A DNA stretch of 55,309 nucleotides, filler included, from Basidioascus undulatus (taxonomy: Eukaryota): the NCBI GenBank assembly GCA_000826855.1. It is 5 parts of 5 records of this genome, joined end to end, with 100 filler letters (N's around TTAATTAATTAA, not from the genome) between each part and the next. Parts side by side here need not be neighbours in the genome. Positions count along the whole stretch, not along the records: positions 44,341 to 55,309 come from JTLS01001061.1; 4 more parts are not named here. One strand, 5' to 3'. Shown here piece by piece: positions 51,701-55,309 of the stretch. The notes under the pieces were generated by a model. That model was not told where the DNA came from and did no database searches. It saw nothing but the letters and a program-made list of their open reading frames with translations. Position 1 is the stretch's first letter. Every line of letters begins with the position of its first letter. Both the position numbers and the translations under genes were made by a program.

Positions 51701-53605
51701 CCGCTCATCCTGCAATACGCGATGCGCGTCCTCGAGCAGCACCCGGTCGACCTGACTTTCTTCTACGTCCCGCAAATCGTCCAGGCTCTCCGTCACGACG
51801 GTCTCGGTCCGTGTCTCTCTGAAGCCTGGTCCTTTGCGAAATTCTGACAGCATGTTCAGGTTACGTCGAGCGCTTCATCTTCGAGACAGCCAAGATCTCG
51901 CAGCTGTTCTGCCACCAGATCATCTGGAATATGAAGGCCAACACCTACAAGGACGACAACGCCGAAGTCGTAGGTCACTGGCATGGTCACGGTTTGCTGC
52001 TCTTGCGGAGTTTGACACAGGAATGCCCGGATCGCGTAGCCCGACCCGATGAAGCCGCTGCTCGACCGTATGATCGACATGATCGTCGCGGCTCTGTCAG
52101 GAGAGGCGCAGGAGTTCTACGATCGCGAGTTCGGCTTCTTCGACGCGGTGACGTCGATCTCCGGCAAGCTCAAGCCGTACGTGAAAAAGTCGAAGCCGGA
52201 GAAGAAGGTATGTTCTTCGGGCTACGTCCGGGACTAGAGATCGTCGGACTCACGGGTAATGGTAATTTATAGGCCAAAATCGACGAGGAGATGGCCAAGA
52301 TCGAGGTCAAGGTCGGCGTTTACCTCCCTAGTAACCCGGACGGTGTCGTCGTCGACATCGACAAGAAGTCCGGCCGTCCTCTGCAGAGTCACGCGAAGGT
52401 CAGCCTATATAGGCCCGGGGCCGAACCGCATACTCACTCCTTACCCATTACATTTTCAGGCGCCGTTCATGGCTACTTTCCAAGTCCGCAAGGAGAAGAC
52501 AGACGTCGCCGGTCAAGGCGACGACTCGCTCGAGGCCGACGAGAAGCGCGACAAGCACACATACGAGGTCTGGCAGGCCGCGATCTTCAAGGTCGGCGAC
52601 GACTGCCGGCAGGACGTCCTCGCTTTACAGGCCATCGCCATGTTCAAGAACATCTTCACGAGCGTCGGACTCGTTCTCTACCTCAACCCTTATCGCGTCA
52701 CGGCGACTGGACCCGGGGTACGGTTAATTTCGCTGTCTTTCTTTGAAGCGTCCGCGCCGCTCACGCTTTGTAACGCAGTGCGGCGTCATCGATGTGGTTC
52801 CGAACGCGACGTCTCGCGACGAGATGGGCCGTGCCAAGATCAACGACCTCTTCGCCTTCTTCGTCCGCAGCTTCGGACACCCCGACAGCATCAAGTTCCA
52901 GCACGCTCGGCTCAACTTTATCCAGTCGATGGCTGCGTACTCGCTCGTCTGCTACATCCTGCAGGTCAAGGACCGCCACAACGGCAACATCATGATTGAC
53001 GGCGAGGGGCACATTGTGCACATCGGTTCGTCCTTTCGATGAAGCGCTGCGTGATTTACTCACTGACACAACGCAATTATCAGACTTCGGGTTCCTCTTT
53101 GATATTGATGAGTATCTCTTTAATCTCCCGAGTTGGCAAACGAAGCTGATTTTTCGTCTTGCCTATCTCCACGTCCCGGAGTAAGCATCTTCCTCTTACT
53201 TTCAATATTTCCATGATTATTCGCTGACCTCGCGCGGTCTGGTAGGGCGTCAAATTCGAGCCGAACTCGTTCAAGCTCAGCCACGAGATGGTCGTCGTCA
53301 TGGGTGGTCGCGACAGTCCTGGCTACCGCATGTTCGTCGAGCTCTGCGTCAAGGGCTTCCTCGCGATCCGCATGTACGCGGACCAGATCGTGGACGCAGT
53401 TCACCTCATGCTCGGCACCGACTTGCCGTCGTTCAAGGGCGAGGGCACGATCCACCGCCTGCGCGAGCGCTTCCAACTGCAGCTCAGCGATCGTGCCGCG
53501 GCCCAGTACATGGTCGGCATCGTGCGGAACGCGCACGAGAACACGCGCTCGGTCGCGTACGACGAGTTCCAGCGCCTCACGAACGGTATTCCGTACGCTG
53601 TGTAG
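45701..53605 (+). CDS. STT4: Phosphatidylinositol 4-kinase type III alpha (Stt4), highly intron-rich
   Basis: LFRNMWF, STHPLAREVRF, QYAMRVLEQHPVDLTFFYVPQIVQALRHD, QLFCHQIIWNMKAN, SGRPLQSHAK|APFMATF, AIFKVGDDCRQDVLALQ, LQVKDRHNGNIMID, HIDFGFLFDI, YDEFQRLTNGIPY. Confidence 0.96.
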
Positions 53606-54206
53606 ATGGCTTTCACAGCGTACATGCGTTGCATTTTGCTGGAAGTTTCAAATTGAATTGTGCTGCAGGCCGCTGTTGGCCAAGTCGAAGCGGTAGTGAC
53701 TGCCACAGCGCTGCATTGCTCTCCAATCGTGTTGTGATCGGCGATCCTTCTAGCAAGGGCCAGCCTGTTGTCGCAGCATTGAGTCAGGCCAGTCGCGCAG
53801 AGCTCGCAACGCAGACGGCAGTATGGAGTCAATCAAAGACACATGCTTAAATATGAGATTTGTGCAATGAACAGCGAGTAAGGGTTGTGAAATAGATAAA
53901 CGAGGCGAAAACAGCGTGGGCATGCAGCAACGGTAGGGTGGAAATCGACAAAGAGCGGGGTGATGGAGGCGTCCGAATTGCGACAATAAGTAAAAACGAG
54001 GCGAATGCGAAGGGAATCAACGACAAGGGGTATACGGGTGAGGTTGATATGCAAAATGCGGATGTGCGAAGTAATGGACAGGCAATGCAAAGACTAGAAT
54101 AAGAGCGAAAACCCGGCTAATGGGCAGGTCCTCGAAAGAAAAGGAGGGATAGGGCAGCAGCTATGAAATGGGGTGAGTAGACCGCGGAGAGGGAAGGAGC
54201 GTCGCA

Positions 54207-55256
54207 TCATGAAGCGTAGGGAGCGGGTGTGCCGGCCGGAGCGCCGCGAAGGGGCACGATACTGCCCTTGCAGATCCCGCGTTGGCGGTGGCGCATGAGC
54301 GCGTCGCCGCGAGCGAAAGTCTTTCCGCAGGGACAGGTGAACTCCTTCGACCTACCAGGGAAAGAGTCACACGTGAGTGAAGTGCAGAGGAATGAAGCAA
54401 AACGGTGGACGGACCCGCTGTGGATGCGATCGTGGCGGTCGAGATCGTGCTTGCGGACGAAGGCAGCGCCACTGTGATTACGAGGCGCGAGTTCAGTGAA
54501 GCGAACGCCGGGCGAGAGCAACTTGAAGACGTACCAGCCTTGCTCGTAACACACATATGGCTTGATGCCGAGATGCGTCTGAACGTGGGACTTGACCGCG
54601 TTGGGGCGTTTGAAGGTCCGGTCGCAACCTTCCCAGCCACAAGCCCAAAGCTTCTGGCCATCTGTCCCCGCCTCCTCGATGTACCTCCCGAGAGGATCGT
54701 TCTTGGAGATCCCCGACAGGGCGTGCGCCTCGTCCGCGTAGAGGTACCCCATCTGCGGCGGCGCGTGCGCGGTCGGGAACGCGTAGGAAGCGCTCGTCGG
54801 AGAAGTCAGGCTGCCGAAGGCGCTTGCGCCGGGCGGGACGGAGCTCGGGCGGTGGATGTATGTGGACTGGTGTTGAGGGAGGGGCAGCGAGAAGGAGCGG
54901 GTGTCGAGGCTGGATGGAGGCGCGTCGGAAGGATGGTAGACGGCGGACGTGGACGCGGCGTCGGGAGGAGACGTCTTCACGTCGTTCTCGCTACTACCGT
55001 TGCTGCGCGACGGGCGCCGCCGAGGCTTGGGGCCGGGCTTGAGACGTTTCGCGCCGGTGCCGGCTGGGAGCGCGATGATGGAGAGCGAGGCAGTCGAAGA
55101 GGAGGAGGAAAGAGAGTCGCCGCGGACCCGTTTCGACGCGGCGGGGTCGTCGGCCGCGTTCTGGTGGGCGAACTCGGACTGGTTGTACGAGGCGGAAGGC
55201 GGGCAGGAGTAGTCGCCGAGGGCGGGGGTGGGAGGGAAAGTGGAGAAGGAGGACTG
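54207..55256 (-). CDS. C2H2 zinc-finger transcription factor, Ace2/Swi5-like fingers; 5'-truncated
   Basis: WACGWEGCDRTFKRPNAVKSHVQTHLGIKPYVC...C|GAAFVRKHDLDRHDRIH...FTCPCGKTFARGDALMRHRQRGIC; the atypical CPC...H...C third finger matches Ace2/Swi5. Confidence 0.85.
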   Translation of the reverse strand, partial: QSSFSTFPPTPALGDYSCPPSASYNQSEFAHQNAADDPAASKRVRGDSLSSSSSTASLSIIALPAGTGAKRLKPGPKPRRRPSRSNGSSENDVKTSPPDAASTSAVYHPSDAPPSSLDTRSFSLPLPQHQSTYIHRPSSVPPGASAFGSLTSPTSASYAFPTAHAPPQMGYLYADEAHALSGISKNDPLGRYIEEAGTDGQKLWACGWEGCDRTFKRPNAVKSHVQTHLGIKPYVCYEQGWYVFKLLSPGVRFTELAPRNHSGAAFVRKHDLDRHDRIHSGSVHRFASFLCTSLTCDSFPGRSKEFTCPCGKTFARGDALMRHRQRGICKGSIVPLRGAPAGTPAPYAS

Positions 55257-55293
55257 CTGGTTGTGCGAAGAATGGGGCGTGTCAGGATGAGAG

Positions 55294-55309
55294 AGATCGG
55301 AAGAGCACA
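55294..55309 (+). other. Illumina TruSeq adapter read-through (artefact)
   Basis: AGATCGGAAGAGCACA, exactly the first 16 nt of the adapter, at the contig end. Confidence 0.93.

Noticed and set aside
53108..53172. U12-type (minor spliceosome) intron
   Set aside because: Lacks the ATATCC donor and TCCTTAAC branch consensus; signals are U2-like

Overview
Eukaryotic DNA from an intron-rich basidiomycete fungus. The window is not one locus. It is five unrelated contigs of about 11 kb (1-10989, 11090-22077, 22178-33160, 33261-44240, 44341-55309), sorted by decreasing length and joined by artificial N44-TTAATTAATTAA-N44 linkers, and it ends in Illumina adapter sequence. Contig 1: a 22-exon DHA1-family MFS transporter, F-box and orphan relics, and an SLC35F5/EamA transporter. 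Contig 2: cactin (3' part), RPL9, SmG and an orphan N-terminus. Contig 3: one collapsed rDNA unit on the minus strand (18S-5.8S-25S plus linked 5S) with a structured intergenic spacer (IGS). Contig 4: two paralogous secreted repeat-protein genes flanking an F-box pseudogene and a mitochondrial two-HMG-box gene, then a PXA-domain gene. Contig 5: VPS23, STT4 and an Ace2/Swi5-like zinc-finger gene. The best candidate for an undescribed system is the contig-4 pair. One gene encodes seven KR/RR-delimited amphipathic peptides (Kex2-processed, repellent/amyloid-like) plus a short EYKP tail; the other encodes one such peptide plus a ~430-aa Glu/Tyr/Lys/Pro/Cys tail. Also notable is an AT-AC intron plus 8-nt microexon needed to build the STT4 kinase activation segment. 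All exon structures were read by eye and are unverified by RNA data.
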